Below are positions 37,646 to 45,891 of a stretch of DNA of 64,000 bases, one piece after another. Source of the stretch: Sulfurimonas sp. (GTDB lineage Bacteria > Campylobacterota > Campylobacteria > Campylobacterales > Sulfurimonadaceae); the NCBI RefSeq assembly GCF_028694605.1, contig NZ_JAQVKP010000009.1, positions 28,797 through 92,796 of the forward strand, read 5' to 3'. How positions within the stretch are numbered: position 1 is the stretch's first letter; the number at the start of each line of letters is the position of its first letter. The notes under the pieces are model-generated. The model had not been told where the DNA came from and did no database searches. It saw only the letters and a program-made list of their open reading frames with translations. The position numbers and the translations under genes were made by a program.

Positions 37646-37721
37646 CTCCTCATCGCTTAACAGGATAAAGCAGTCCCCTCCTAAGGGATAGCTCGAGGTT
37701 CGATTCCTCGTGGGGAGACCA
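37646..37721 (+). tRNA. tRNA-Arg (anticodon CCU), 76 nt, CCA encoded
   Basis: Manual cloverleaf: acceptor CTCCTCA/TGGGGAG, D arm GCTT-AACAGGATA-AAGC, anticodon arm GTCCC-CTCCTAA-GGGAT, variable loop AGCT, T arm CGAGG-TTCGATT-CCTCG, discriminator A, then CCA. The anticodon arm is nearly identical to E. coli argW. Confidence 0.85.
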
Positions 37722-37738
37722 CAAAAAAGAGCAACAAA

Positions 37739-37747
37739 TGCTATACT
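37739..37747 (+). promoter_or_regulatory. extended -10 element TGCTATACT, 6 nt upstream of the ATG at 37754 (leaderless geometry)
   Basis: TGnTATACT, then the spacer TCACTT with no SD, then ATG. Confidence 0.45.
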
Positions 37748-37753
37748 TCACTT

Positions 37754-39013
37754 ATGATAAATCTATACGCCAATAAACAGCTTGAGATTATTGTTCCTAA
37801 CACTAACAAGGCGTTAGCGGTTGTTTTAAAAGAGGCTGCTCCAAAAGAGATGGAGATGATTTTAAAAAGCAGGGATTTAGCCTCTGTTTTAGGGTCTATT
37901 TTAAAAGAGAGTGCGCAAAACAGCGATGCTAACACCACTCTTTTGGGAGTTCTAAAAAACAATCCGACCCTTAAGAGTTTGGGTAGCTTCTCAGAGACGA
38001 TTAAAGAGCTTCTTCAAGTTCTTGAGGATGAAAAAAATCCTCTGCCGATGCAGGGTGTTTTAAAAAAATTTCTTTTTGATATAAAAGAGGTAAACGAACC
38101 CGCCCTCAAGCAAAAATTTGAAAATTCCGGTGTTTTTTTGGAATCCAGACTTAAAAACGTACAAAATCCTCAAATGGAGCTCAAAAATCTGCTGCAAGAG
38201 CTTGAAAAAACTGTCGCAAAAAGTGATGTACCGGCTGCAAAACTAGCGCTCCAAACGATTAAAGAACTTTTAGCTACACCAATACTAAAAGAAGCAAATC
38301 TAACATATGTTACGGAGACGCCAAAAGTCGATAAAGCCGCATTAGTACGTTTGGCAAAAGGGGTTGAAGAGGTTGTCTCAAAGCTTGGCGAAGCAGCAAA
38401 AAGTACAGATGTTCTACACACAAAAGCCTTTGAGAAGCAACTCGCAAAACTTGTTGTATTTACCAACCCTCAAAAACTTGAAGTACAAGAGAGTGTCAAA
38501 GAGATTTTAGCGCAAGATTTAAAGGCTGTTTTGCTTCAGGCAAATGATGAGATGGCAAAGTCCTCACACCCAAACCGGCAGGAGATTTTAAAGCAGATTG
38601 ATAAAGCGCTGCTTCAGATAGACTATTTTCAGCTTTTGTCACATCTCTCAAACTCCTCATCGCTCTATCTTCCTTTTTCATGGGATGATTTGGAGGAGGG
38701 AAGTATCGCTATAAACAAGGATAAAAACAGTGCGTTTTACTGTGATATCGACCTCATGCTCAAAGAGTACGGCACACTAAAACTCAAGCTTACACTCTAT
38801 GATGAAAACCAGATAAATATCCATATCTACTCCGATAGCATTACACTAAAAGAGAGAGTAAAGGAGAACATCGCATCCTTGCGCAGTGTACTTATAGAGG
38901 CGCAAATCATACCAAGAGAGATTCGTATCTTTGATGCAACCAAAAATAATCCGCTTTTAGCGTATGGGAGTGAGCAAAGAGATATTGATATGGGATTTGA
39001 GGTAAAAGTATGA
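37754..39013 (+). CDS. FliK-like flagellar hook-length control protein (Flg_hook-type C-terminal domain)
   Basis: Helical, Lys/Glu/Leu-rich N-terminal two-thirds. The C-terminal 'EYGTLKLKLTLYDENQINIHIYSDSITLKERVKENIASLRSVLIEAQI' has the beta-pattern of the FliK C-domain. It is 4-bp coupled to a FlhB-C-terminal paralogue. Confidence 0.55.
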   Translation: MINLYANKQLEIIVPNTNKALAVVLKEAAPKEMEMILKSRDLASVLGSILKESAQNSDANTTLLGVLKNNPTLKSLGSFSETIKELLQVLEDEKNPLPMQGVLKKFLFDIKEVNEPALKQKFENSGVFLESRLKNVQNPQMELKNLLQELEKTVAKSDVPAAKLALQTIKELLATPILKEANLTYVTETPKVDKAALVRLAKGVEEVVSKLGEAAKSTDVLHTKAFEKQLAKLVVFTNPQKLEVQESVKEILAQDLKAVLLQANDEMAKSSHPNRQEILKQIDKALLQIDYFQLLSHLSNSSSLYLPFSWDDLEEGSIAINKDKNSAFYCDIDLMLKEYGTLKLKLTLYDENQINIHIYSDSITLKERVKENIASLRSVLIEAQIIPREIRIFDATKNNPLLAYGSEQRDIDMGFEVKV

Positions 39014-39258
39014 AAAAAGCGGCGGCACTCAGATATGATGCAGCAAAGGAGAATGCGCCCCGCGTGGTGGCAAAAGGGCAGGGAAATACGGCAGAAAATA
39101 TTATCAAAATCGCTGAACTTCACAATCTGCCGATAAAAAAAGATGAAGACCTTATAGAACTGCTCTCAAAAGTAGAGCTTGATAAAGAAGTACCAGAAGC
39201 TCTATATAAGGCAGTTGCGGAAGTTTTTGCTTTTATTTATAAGGTGAGTAAAAAATAG
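39010..39258 (+). CDS. FlhB C-terminal-domain paralogue (FlhX/YlqH-like type III export switch protein)
   Basis: 'AAALRYDAAKENAPRVVAKGQGNTAENIIKIAELHNLPIKKDEDLIELL...PEALYKAVAEVFAFIY' matches the FlhB/EscU C-domain downstream of the NPTH site. Confidence 0.85.
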   Translation: MKKAAALRYDAAKENAPRVVAKGQGNTAENIIKIAELHNLPIKKDEDLIELLSKVELDKEVPEALYKAVAEVFAFIYKVSKK

Positions 39259-39260
39259 AG

Positions 39261-39479
39261 TTAAAGATCCATTTGGGTAATGTCAAGCCCTTTTTCCTTG
39301 AGTTTTCTTCCAAGTTCTAGAATTCTGGCACTATATTTCTCACTCTCCATAAACCCTTCATACGCTCCCATTTCTCCATTTTGTACCTGCGTGGCGATGG
39401 CTTCTGAGTGCGTAATTGCTTTTTTTAGTTCCTCGATAAGATACTCAATCGTGTCTCCTAAAAGTTCTTCTGCTTGCAT
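39261..39479 (-). CDS. small helical hypothetical protein (72 aa)
   Basis: AAGGAGAAACC RBS directly upstream of the ATG. No recognised family. Confidence 0.5.
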   Translation of the reverse strand: MQAEELLGDTIEYLIEELKKAITHSEAIATQVQNGEMGAYEGFMESEKYSARILELGRKLKEKGLDITQMDL

Positions 39480-39553
39480 GGTTTCTCCTTGATTTATAAT
39501 GTCTATTGTAGCAAAAACATACTATAATTTGTTATTATGTAATGAGGTTATAT

Positions 39554-40804
39554 ATGGAAAATATCTATTTAGGACGTCAGCCCATTCTGGATAGAGATGG
39601 AAACCTTAGTGCATACGAGGTTTTGTACTCAGAAGAAGAAAAAGCAGACAGTTATGCGCACAATGATTTTCGCTCGGCAATGGTTATTAGCACCATTTTA
39701 AACAAGCTTGGAACGAACGAGGTACTTGGAGAGCGCAGAGCCTTTATCAAGATTGGTGAAAAATTTCTTCTCAATGACATTGTTTTTACTATCCCAAGCC
39801 GGTTTTTTATCTTCTCTTTACTTGAAGATGTGCCTATGGGTGAGCGTGTTGTGGAGAGGCTGCAACAGCTTAAATCAAAAGGTTTTATTTTAGCGCTTGA
39901 TGAGATTGCGCTTGATGCAAATACGGTACAAAAGTATAAAGAGGCATGGAGTGAACTCTCTTATGTAAAAGTAAATATGCATGCTCCGTTTATAAACAAC
40001 AGCGAAACAAAAGAGATTATTGAGCAGATAAAGGCGATGGGAGTAGTTGTTGTCGGCACAAAGATTGAAGATGAACAAAAGCATGCGATGGCGCTGAGTT
40101 TGGGATGTGAACTTTTTCAGGGTTACTTTTTTGCGGAACCAAAAATTTTTGAGGGTAAACAGTGCAACCCATCACAGGCAGATATTTTAAGGCTCTACAG
40201 GCTGCTTATGGAAGATACAAATATTGATGAGATAGCGGCAGAATTTGAGAAAAATCACGCTATTACTTTACAGCTTCTTCGCTATATCAACTCCGGTATT
40301 TTTCATTTTCAAAAAAAGATAGCGTCCATCCACCACGTTTTGGTACTTATGGGAAGAACGCCTCTTGCGCAGTGGCTGATGTTTATGATTTATGCAAAAG
40401 CAGTTGCCAAAGGCGGTGAAGTCTCGCCTCTTGTGCTTATGGTAGAAAACAGAACAGAACTTATGCGTTTAATCCTGAAAAAACTTCAGCCAGATGCCGG
40501 CAGCAACATGCTTGGTCAAGCTTATTTTGTCGGTGTTTTGTCGCTCTTAGATACTATTTTTGGGAGAAAAATCGAAGATATTTTAGAGGAGCTTCACGTA
40601 GATGATACTGTAAAAGATGCGCTGCTTTATGAAAAAGGGGTGCTTGGCGATATATATGCGCTTGTTAAGGATATAGAGCAGTTTCATACGGATAAAGTCG
40701 CTCTTTTTGAGAAAAAATACAACCTTCAAGAGGAAATAATCGATGATTTGGTGCTTGAGAGCATGAGACAAGCGGTGCTTTTTGAAGATGCAACGAAAAT
40801 ATAA
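39554..40804 (+). CDS. EAL-domain plus HDOD-domain signalling protein
   Basis: N-terminal 'YLGRQPILDRDGNLSAYEVLY' (EAL-fold start). C-terminal 'ITLQLLRYINSGIFHFQKKIASIHHVLVLMG' (HDOD). I moved the start to ATG 39554 (GAGG RBS). Confidence 0.8.
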   Translation: MENIYLGRQPILDRDGNLSAYEVLYSEEEKADSYAHNDFRSAMVISTILNKLGTNEVLGERRAFIKIGEKFLLNDIVFTIPSRFFIFSLLEDVPMGERVVERLQQLKSKGFILALDEIALDANTVQKYKEAWSELSYVKVNMHAPFINNSETKEIIEQIKAMGVVVVGTKIEDEQKHAMALSLGCELFQGYFFAEPKIFEGKQCNPSQADILRLYRLLMEDTNIDEIAAEFEKNHAITLQLLRYINSGIFHFQKKIASIHHVLVLMGRTPLAQWLMFMIYAKAVAKGGEVSPLVLMVENRTELMRLILKKLQPDAGSNMLGQAYFVGVLSLLDTIFGRKIEDILEELHVDDTVKDALLYEKGVLGDIYALVKDIEQFHTDKVALFEKKYNLQEEIIDDLVLESMRQAVLFEDATKI

Positions 40805-40818
40805 AAGAGATAGAAACA

Positions 40819-42189
40819 GTGAATAAAAGAGATTTTGCCGCACTTTCCATTAGCAAAGAGATGCTTTGCAACCTTGGTGAGATAGGCTTTACCGAGATGA
40901 CACCCATCCAAGAGGCTAGTTTGCCCTACATCCTAGAGGGCATGGACGTGATAGCTCAGGCAAAAACGGGAAGCGGAAAGACGGCGGCGTTTGGAATCGG
41001 GCTTCTTAGCAGGCTTGATGTTAAGAAGTTTCGTGTTCAGTCTTTGGTGCTTTGCCCAACCCGCGAACTCGCCGATCAGGTGGCTAAAGAACTACGGCTT
41101 CTTGCCAAATTTACGCACAATATAAAGATTTTGACGCTTTGCGGCGGTGAGGCTTTTGGTCCCCAGCTTGGCTCACTTCGTCATGGTGCGCATATCGTAG
41201 TGGGGACACCGGGAAGGATTTTAAAACATCTAAAAAAAGGGACGCTTCTGCTTGAAGATGTGACGACACTTGTGCTTGATGAAGCCGACAGAATGCTGGA
41301 TATGGGTTTTAGCGATGAGATAAATGAGGTTTTGGATTTTGTTCCAGAGTCGCGGCAAACACTTCTCTTCTCTGCAACTTTTGCAGAGGAGATTTTATCT
41401 GTCAGTGCATCAATACAAAAAGATGCTATAAGTGTAAAAACAACCCATCATGAAGTTGCCAACAAGATAACAGAGCGGTTTTATGAGGTGCAAAATGGAC
41501 AAAAGATAGATACTCTCATCAATATCTTGAGTAACTTCAAGCCTAACAATGTTATCGTGTTTGCAAACACAAAGGCTGAGGTTATAGAAATAGCCGAAAC
41601 TTTACAGAAAAATAGAATCGATGCACTCGCAATTCACGGCGATTTGGAGCAGTACGAGAGAAATGATGTGTTAGTGCAGTTTGCTAACAAGAGTACTCCG
41701 GTGTTAGTGGCAACCGATGTTGCGGCACGAGGACTTGACATCAAAGAGCTCTCTATGGTCGTCAACTATGATTTGCCGCATACGCAAGAGACCTACACAC
41801 ACCGCATCGGCAGAACGGCTAGAGCGGGAGCGGAGGGGTTGGCATTTACGCTTTTTGCTCCTTACGAAGAGGAGAAGACAGAGGAGTACAGAAGTCAGAA
41901 CCGTATCTTTGAAGATGCGCAGAGCCTAGAGAGACATAGCGGTTTTGAGATGAAGCCGCAAAATATCACGCTTGTTATCGAGGGCGGTAAAAAAGATAAA
42001 GTTCGTGCAGGAGATATTTTGGGCGCACTTACGGGAGAGGCAGGACTAAGCGGCAGCTCCATCGGTAAGATAGATATTTACGACAGACAAAGCTATGTTG
42101 CCATAGAAGCTTCCAAGATAGATGAGGCGTATGAGAAACTAAAAAATGGAAAAATCAAAGGAAAGAAGTTTTCGGTTTGGATTCTTTAA
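40819..42189 (+). CDS. dbpA: DEAD-box ATP-dependent RNA helicase, DbpA type (C-terminal DbpA RNA-binding domain)
   Basis: 'AQAKTGSGKTAAF', 'PTRELA', 'VLDEADRMLD', 'SAT', 'HRIGRTARAG', and the C-terminal 'GKKDKVRAGDILGAL...IGKIDIYDRQSYVAI'. GTG start. Confidence 0.9.
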   Translation: MNKRDFAALSISKEMLCNLGEIGFTEMTPIQEASLPYILEGMDVIAQAKTGSGKTAAFGIGLLSRLDVKKFRVQSLVLCPTRELADQVAKELRLLAKFTHNIKILTLCGGEAFGPQLGSLRHGAHIVVGTPGRILKHLKKGTLLLEDVTTLVLDEADRMLDMGFSDEINEVLDFVPESRQTLLFSATFAEEILSVSASIQKDAISVKTTHHEVANKITERFYEVQNGQKIDTLINILSNFKPNNVIVFANTKAEVIEIAETLQKNRIDALAIHGDLEQYERNDVLVQFANKSTPVLVATDVAARGLDIKELSMVVNYDLPHTQETYTHRIGRTARAGAEGLAFTLFAPYEEEKTEEYRSQNRIFEDAQSLERHSGFEMKPQNITLVIEGGKKDKVRAGDILGALTGEAGLSGSSIGKIDIYDRQSYVAIEASKIDEAYEKLKNGKIKGKKFSVWIL

Positions 42190-42689
42190 AATATCTTTCC
42201 CACTATCCGGAGGCGATAAGAAAGCAGGTTTTAGAGCTTATAGAGCAAGAGAAACTGGCACATCACCTCAAAACAAAATATCCAAAAGCACATACTCTGA
42301 AAACGGACAAAGCACTCTTTGCCTATGTAAATGAGATTAAGAGCGCATTTATAAAAAATGCGCCGACTTTAAGCAAGGTAGTTTATGACGGCAAAATCAA
42401 TGTTATTCATAACGCCTTGGGTACCCATCACATCATTTCAAGGGTACAGGGCATAAAACTTAAGAGCAAAAATGAGATTCGCATCGCTTCGATTTTTAAA
42501 AATGTTCCGTTGGAATTTTTGGAGATGATAGCAGTCCATGAGCTGGCGCATTTTAGAGAAAGAGAGCATAATAAAGCATTTTACAGTCTCTGCCGATATA
42601 TGCAACCGTCATATCATCAAGTAGAGTTTGATGTTAGATTGTATTTGACACAAATAGATATTTTTGGCAAGATAGAAGATTGGAGCTAG
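42177..42689 (+). CDS. YgjP/DUF45-like zinc metallopeptidase-fold protein
   Basis: 'IAVHELAHFREREHNKAF' contains HExxH plus a downstream His. Confidence 0.7.
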   Translation: MDSLKYLSHYPEAIRKQVLELIEQEKLAHHLKTKYPKAHTLKTDKALFAYVNEIKSAFIKNAPTLSKVVYDGKINVIHNALGTHHIISRVQGIKLKSKNEIRIASIFKNVPLEFLEMIAVHELAHFREREHNKAFYSLCRYMQPSYHQVEFDVRLYLTQIDIFGKIEDWS

Positions 42690-42695
42690 CTAAAT

Positions 42696-43505
42696 ATGAG
42701 AGAAGAGACGAGTTTAGCCATAATTCGCGCTGTTGCAGATGCGCAAAAAGATTTGATAGTGATATTTCAAGAAAAAGAACCCATTTTAGTCAATAAAGCT
42801 TTTGAGAAATTTTTTGCCGTTGCGTCACTAGAGCAGTACAAGCAGGAGTTTGGTCCGTTTGTGCGAAACTTTGTCCCGCATCCCTCGTACTTTCATGGAG
42901 AAAAACTAGAAAAAGGAGTAAACTGGATAGATGAGATTTTGGAGTTAGACGCAGCGCAGCGCCTTGTAAGTATGGTTACACCGACTTACGAGCCGCATGC
43001 TTTTTCTGTTTGTGTCCAAAAGATTGAAGAGTATGCTGTCGTGACATTTAGCGACATCACACAAACGCTTATCAAACGCATTATGATTGAGAACAACACA
43101 AGCGTAGATACAAAAAGCGGAGCCTACTCAAAAAACTACTTTACACAGATAGCCCAAAGCTTCCAAGATGCTGCACTCTTTAACAAAAAAATCATAAGTG
43201 CGGTACGCATAGAGGCAAAGAAAAAAGATGCTACAAAACTAAGAGATGATGAAGTGCTCTTAAAAACACTTACACATAACCTCAAAAGTGTTACCCGCCA
43301 AGATGATATGCTTATTAGATGGGATGATAACACTTTTGTGGTTCTCTATCTTGTGGACAACAGCGCAAACTCTCAGATAATGCTAGAAAAACTGCAACTG
43401 CTCTCGCAAAAAAAAGAGAACGACCAGATGGAGTGTCTGCTGCAACACTTCATCCAAAAAGAGGACGAGAGTATTAAAAGCTTTAGTTCAAGGATTGGTT
43501 TGTGA
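42696..43505 (+). CDS. PAS-like plus degenerate GGDEF-domain protein (probably non-catalytic)
   Basis: 'DTKSGAYSKNYF' aligns to the DxLTGLxNRRxF start of GGDEF domains. The GGDEF motif position reads 'WDDNTF'. Confidence 0.6.
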   Translation: MREETSLAIIRAVADAQKDLIVIFQEKEPILVNKAFEKFFAVASLEQYKQEFGPFVRNFVPHPSYFHGEKLEKGVNWIDEILELDAAQRLVSMVTPTYEPHAFSVCVQKIEEYAVVTFSDITQTLIKRIMIENNTSVDTKSGAYSKNYFTQIAQSFQDAALFNKKIISAVRIEAKKKDATKLRDDEVLLKTLTHNLKSVTRQDDMLIRWDDNTFVVLYLVDNSANSQIMLEKLQLLSQKKENDQMECLLQHFIQKEDESIKSFSSRIGL

Positions 43506-43521
43506 TTTTCAAAGGTAGAGG

Positions 43522-45357
43522 TTAATCCCCAACCTCTGCAATTTTAGCATCAAAATCTTCTGAAATCGTGTCAAACTCGTTTTGTAAAATCTCTAGCAGT
43601 TCAAACATCTTCTCTACCTCTTTTTGCTCCATTGAGACGAGTTTTGAGAACTCTATGATTTTAAAGCTGTCTCCCTTTGTTGTTGCTTCAAGAAGCTTTT
43701 TTTGGTGGGATGCGACTGTTTCTTCGCTTTTTATGATGGAAGCTTCCATCTTCTCTATCTTTTTCTTTATGGGAGAGACGAGTTTGTTTTTGTTTCTTAC
43801 CAAATCGGCTTTTGTTTTTTTGTTGTCTTTAAAGCTGTTTTTTGGTTTTGGCTTGATGAAATCATCCTCTTCTTCCTCTTCCCAGCCCATTTTTTCCAAG
43901 AAGAGGTCGTAGCCGCCGTCAAAATACTCCGCACCGCTTCTTGTAAAGACGATAAGCCTGTCGCACACGCGGCGCAGCAGCTCTTCGGAGTGGGTTACGA
44001 TGATAACGGAGCCTTTGAAGTTTTGAATCGCTACGGTTAGTGCCTCTATGGAGTCCATATCTAGGTGGTTTGTAGGCTCATCCAAAAAGAGAAGATTGAC
44101 ATTGCGTGCCAAAATCTGACCCAGCATGACACGGCTTTTTTCGCCCCCTGAGAGAAGCGAGACTTTTTTGTCGGCACTATCGCCGCTAAACATCATAGCC
44201 CCCGCGATGCCCCTGATAGTTTGTGCGGAGAGTTTTGTGTTTGCGGAGTGAATCTCATCTAAAACGGTGCTGTTTGGATGCAGTCTTGCGATGTTTGTCT
44301 GTCCAAAGTGTGCAAATTCCGTAGTCGTGTGCATGTGAACTTCGCCGCTAAGTGCTTTTAACTCTCCTGCGATGGTATTTAGAAGTGTGGATTTACCTTT
44401 TCCGTTTTTTCCGATGATGCCAAGACGCTCTCCCTTTTGTAGTACAAAAGAGATATTTTTGAACAAAATATTGTCCGGCGTATATCCAAAAGAGAGATTT
44501 TTTACATCAAGCAGTACTTTTGCAGGCGTATCTTTGTAGTTAAACTCAAACTCAAGCGTAGAGTCATAGCCCAAATCTTCAAGCAAATCCATCTTTTCAA
44601 GCTGTTTTACTTTTGACTGTGCAAGAGCGGCGGTTGAAGCACGTGCTTTGTTGCGGGCGATAAAATCTTCAAGTTCTTTTACCTTTTTGTCTTGAGAAAT
44701 TTTCTGTTTCTCGTAAAGTTCTTCATTTGCTTTTAACTGGTCGTAAAATTTATGTGTATCACCCTGAATGATGCTCAGGTTTCTGCGGATAATCCCCATC
44801 GTATGCGTAGTTACACCATCCATAAAGTCTCTGTCGTGGGTGATGATGATAACCTCGCCCTCAAAGGCTTTTAAAAAGTTTTTTAACCATCTAAGCGAGA
44901 GAATGTCGAGGTAGTTTGTCGGCTCATCCAAAAGGAGCAGATTCGGCTCCGTGACAAGCAGTTTTGCAAGGTTGATGCGGATTTGATACCCGCCTGAGAA
45001 TGAGAGCGGATTTTTATCCAAATCCTCCTGCGTAAAGCCCAAACCAAATAAAATCTTCTCGACACGGTAGATATCGTACTTCATATCCTCTTCAAGTGCA
45101 AGTGCCGCCTCTTCTCTAAGAGTGCTCTCGCTAAACTCCAAATACTGCTTTAAGGCACCTATCTTATACCCTTTTGGGATAACTACTTCACCGCTATCGG
45201 GCGTCTCTTCGCCAAGGATAAGTTTAAAAAGCGTTGATTTACCGCTGCCGTTTCTACCGACCAAACCGACTTTATTGCCTGGGTTTAGTTTAAAGTTAAG
45301 ATTGCTAAAAAGCTCTTGTTTGCCGAAATTTTTTGAAATATTTATAAGTTGTATCAT
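43522..45357 (-). CDS. ABC-F family ATPase (two ABC cassettes, no TM domain, Lys/Glu-rich C-terminal coiled coil)
   Basis: Two Walker A motifs ('GRNGSGKST', 'GKNGKGKST'), two LSGG signatures and two Walker B motifs ('LLLDEPTN', 'LFLDEPTN'). Confidence 0.9.
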   Translation of the reverse strand: MIQLINISKNFGKQELFSNLNFKLNPGNKVGLVGRNGSGKSTLFKLILGEETPDSGEVVIPKGYKIGALKQYLEFSESTLREEAALALEEDMKYDIYRVEKILFGLGFTQEDLDKNPLSFSGGYQIRINLAKLLVTEPNLLLLDEPTNYLDILSLRWLKNFLKAFEGEVIIITHDRDFMDGVTTHTMGIIRRNLSIIQGDTHKFYDQLKANEELYEKQKISQDKKVKELEDFIARNKARASTAALAQSKVKQLEKMDLLEDLGYDSTLEFEFNYKDTPAKVLLDVKNLSFGYTPDNILFKNISFVLQKGERLGIIGKNGKGKSTLLNTIAGELKALSGEVHMHTTTEFAHFGQTNIARLHPNSTVLDEIHSANTKLSAQTIRGIAGAMMFSGDSADKKVSLLSGGEKSRVMLGQILARNVNLLFLDEPTNHLDMDSIEALTVAIQNFKGSVIIVTHSEELLRRVCDRLIVFTRSGAEYFDGGYDLFLEKMGWEEEEEDDFIKPKPKNSFKDNKKTKADLVRNKNKLVSPIKKKIEKMEASIIKSEETVASHQKKLLEATTKGDSFKIIEFSKLVSMEQKEVEKMFELLEILQNEFDTISEDFDAKIAEVGD

Positions 45358-45360
45358 CTG

Positions 45361-45891
45361 TTACCTTTTTATCTCTTCTAGTATCCACTGCCATTCGCCA
45401 TAGCCGCCGGCTGTATTTATATGCCCAGCATTTTGTAAAACTTTCATCTCTATTTTGAGTGCATTTTGAAGTTCTGCCGCCTCATCTTGCGACATGTATG
45501 GATCGTTTGTTGAGGTGATGAGAAGTGCCTCTTTTGCATAGAGTTTTTTAGGGACATGGCATGGAAAAAAACTCTCAAGCTCTTTGATGTTGCATCCAAA
45601 ACTAGGCGGAGCAACAAGAAAAAGCTTCTCAAGCTCCATAGTAGCGCCGCCGCTACAAAGATGAAACCAAAGCGTGTTTGCGATGGAGTGGCAGACAACT
45701 ACATTTGGCGCAAATGCCGCTATCTCTGCTCGAAGCTCCCCAAGCCAGATATCTTTGTTTGGAAAATCAATATTGCTAAACTTCAAAAAGCTCACACATC
45801 CGTAATCTTTTGCAAGTTCACACGCCAACCGGCTCTGCCAGTGGGGAAAATCGCTTCCGCCCCAGCCATGAAGAATCAAAACTCTTTTCAT
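45361..45891 (-). CDS. RBBP9/YdeN-like alpha/beta serine hydrolase
   Basis: 'VLILHGWGGSDFPHWQ' and nucleophile elbow 'VCHSIAN'. About 176 aa, typical of this family. Confidence 0.7.
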   Translation of the reverse strand: MKRVLILHGWGGSDFPHWQSRLACELAKDYGCVSFLKFSNIDFPNKDIWLGELRAEIAAFAPNVVVCHSIANTLWFHLCSGGATMELEKLFLVAPPSFGCNIKELESFFPCHVPKKLYAKEALLITSTNDPYMSQDEAAELQNALKIEMKVLQNAGHINTAGGYGEWQWILEEIKR

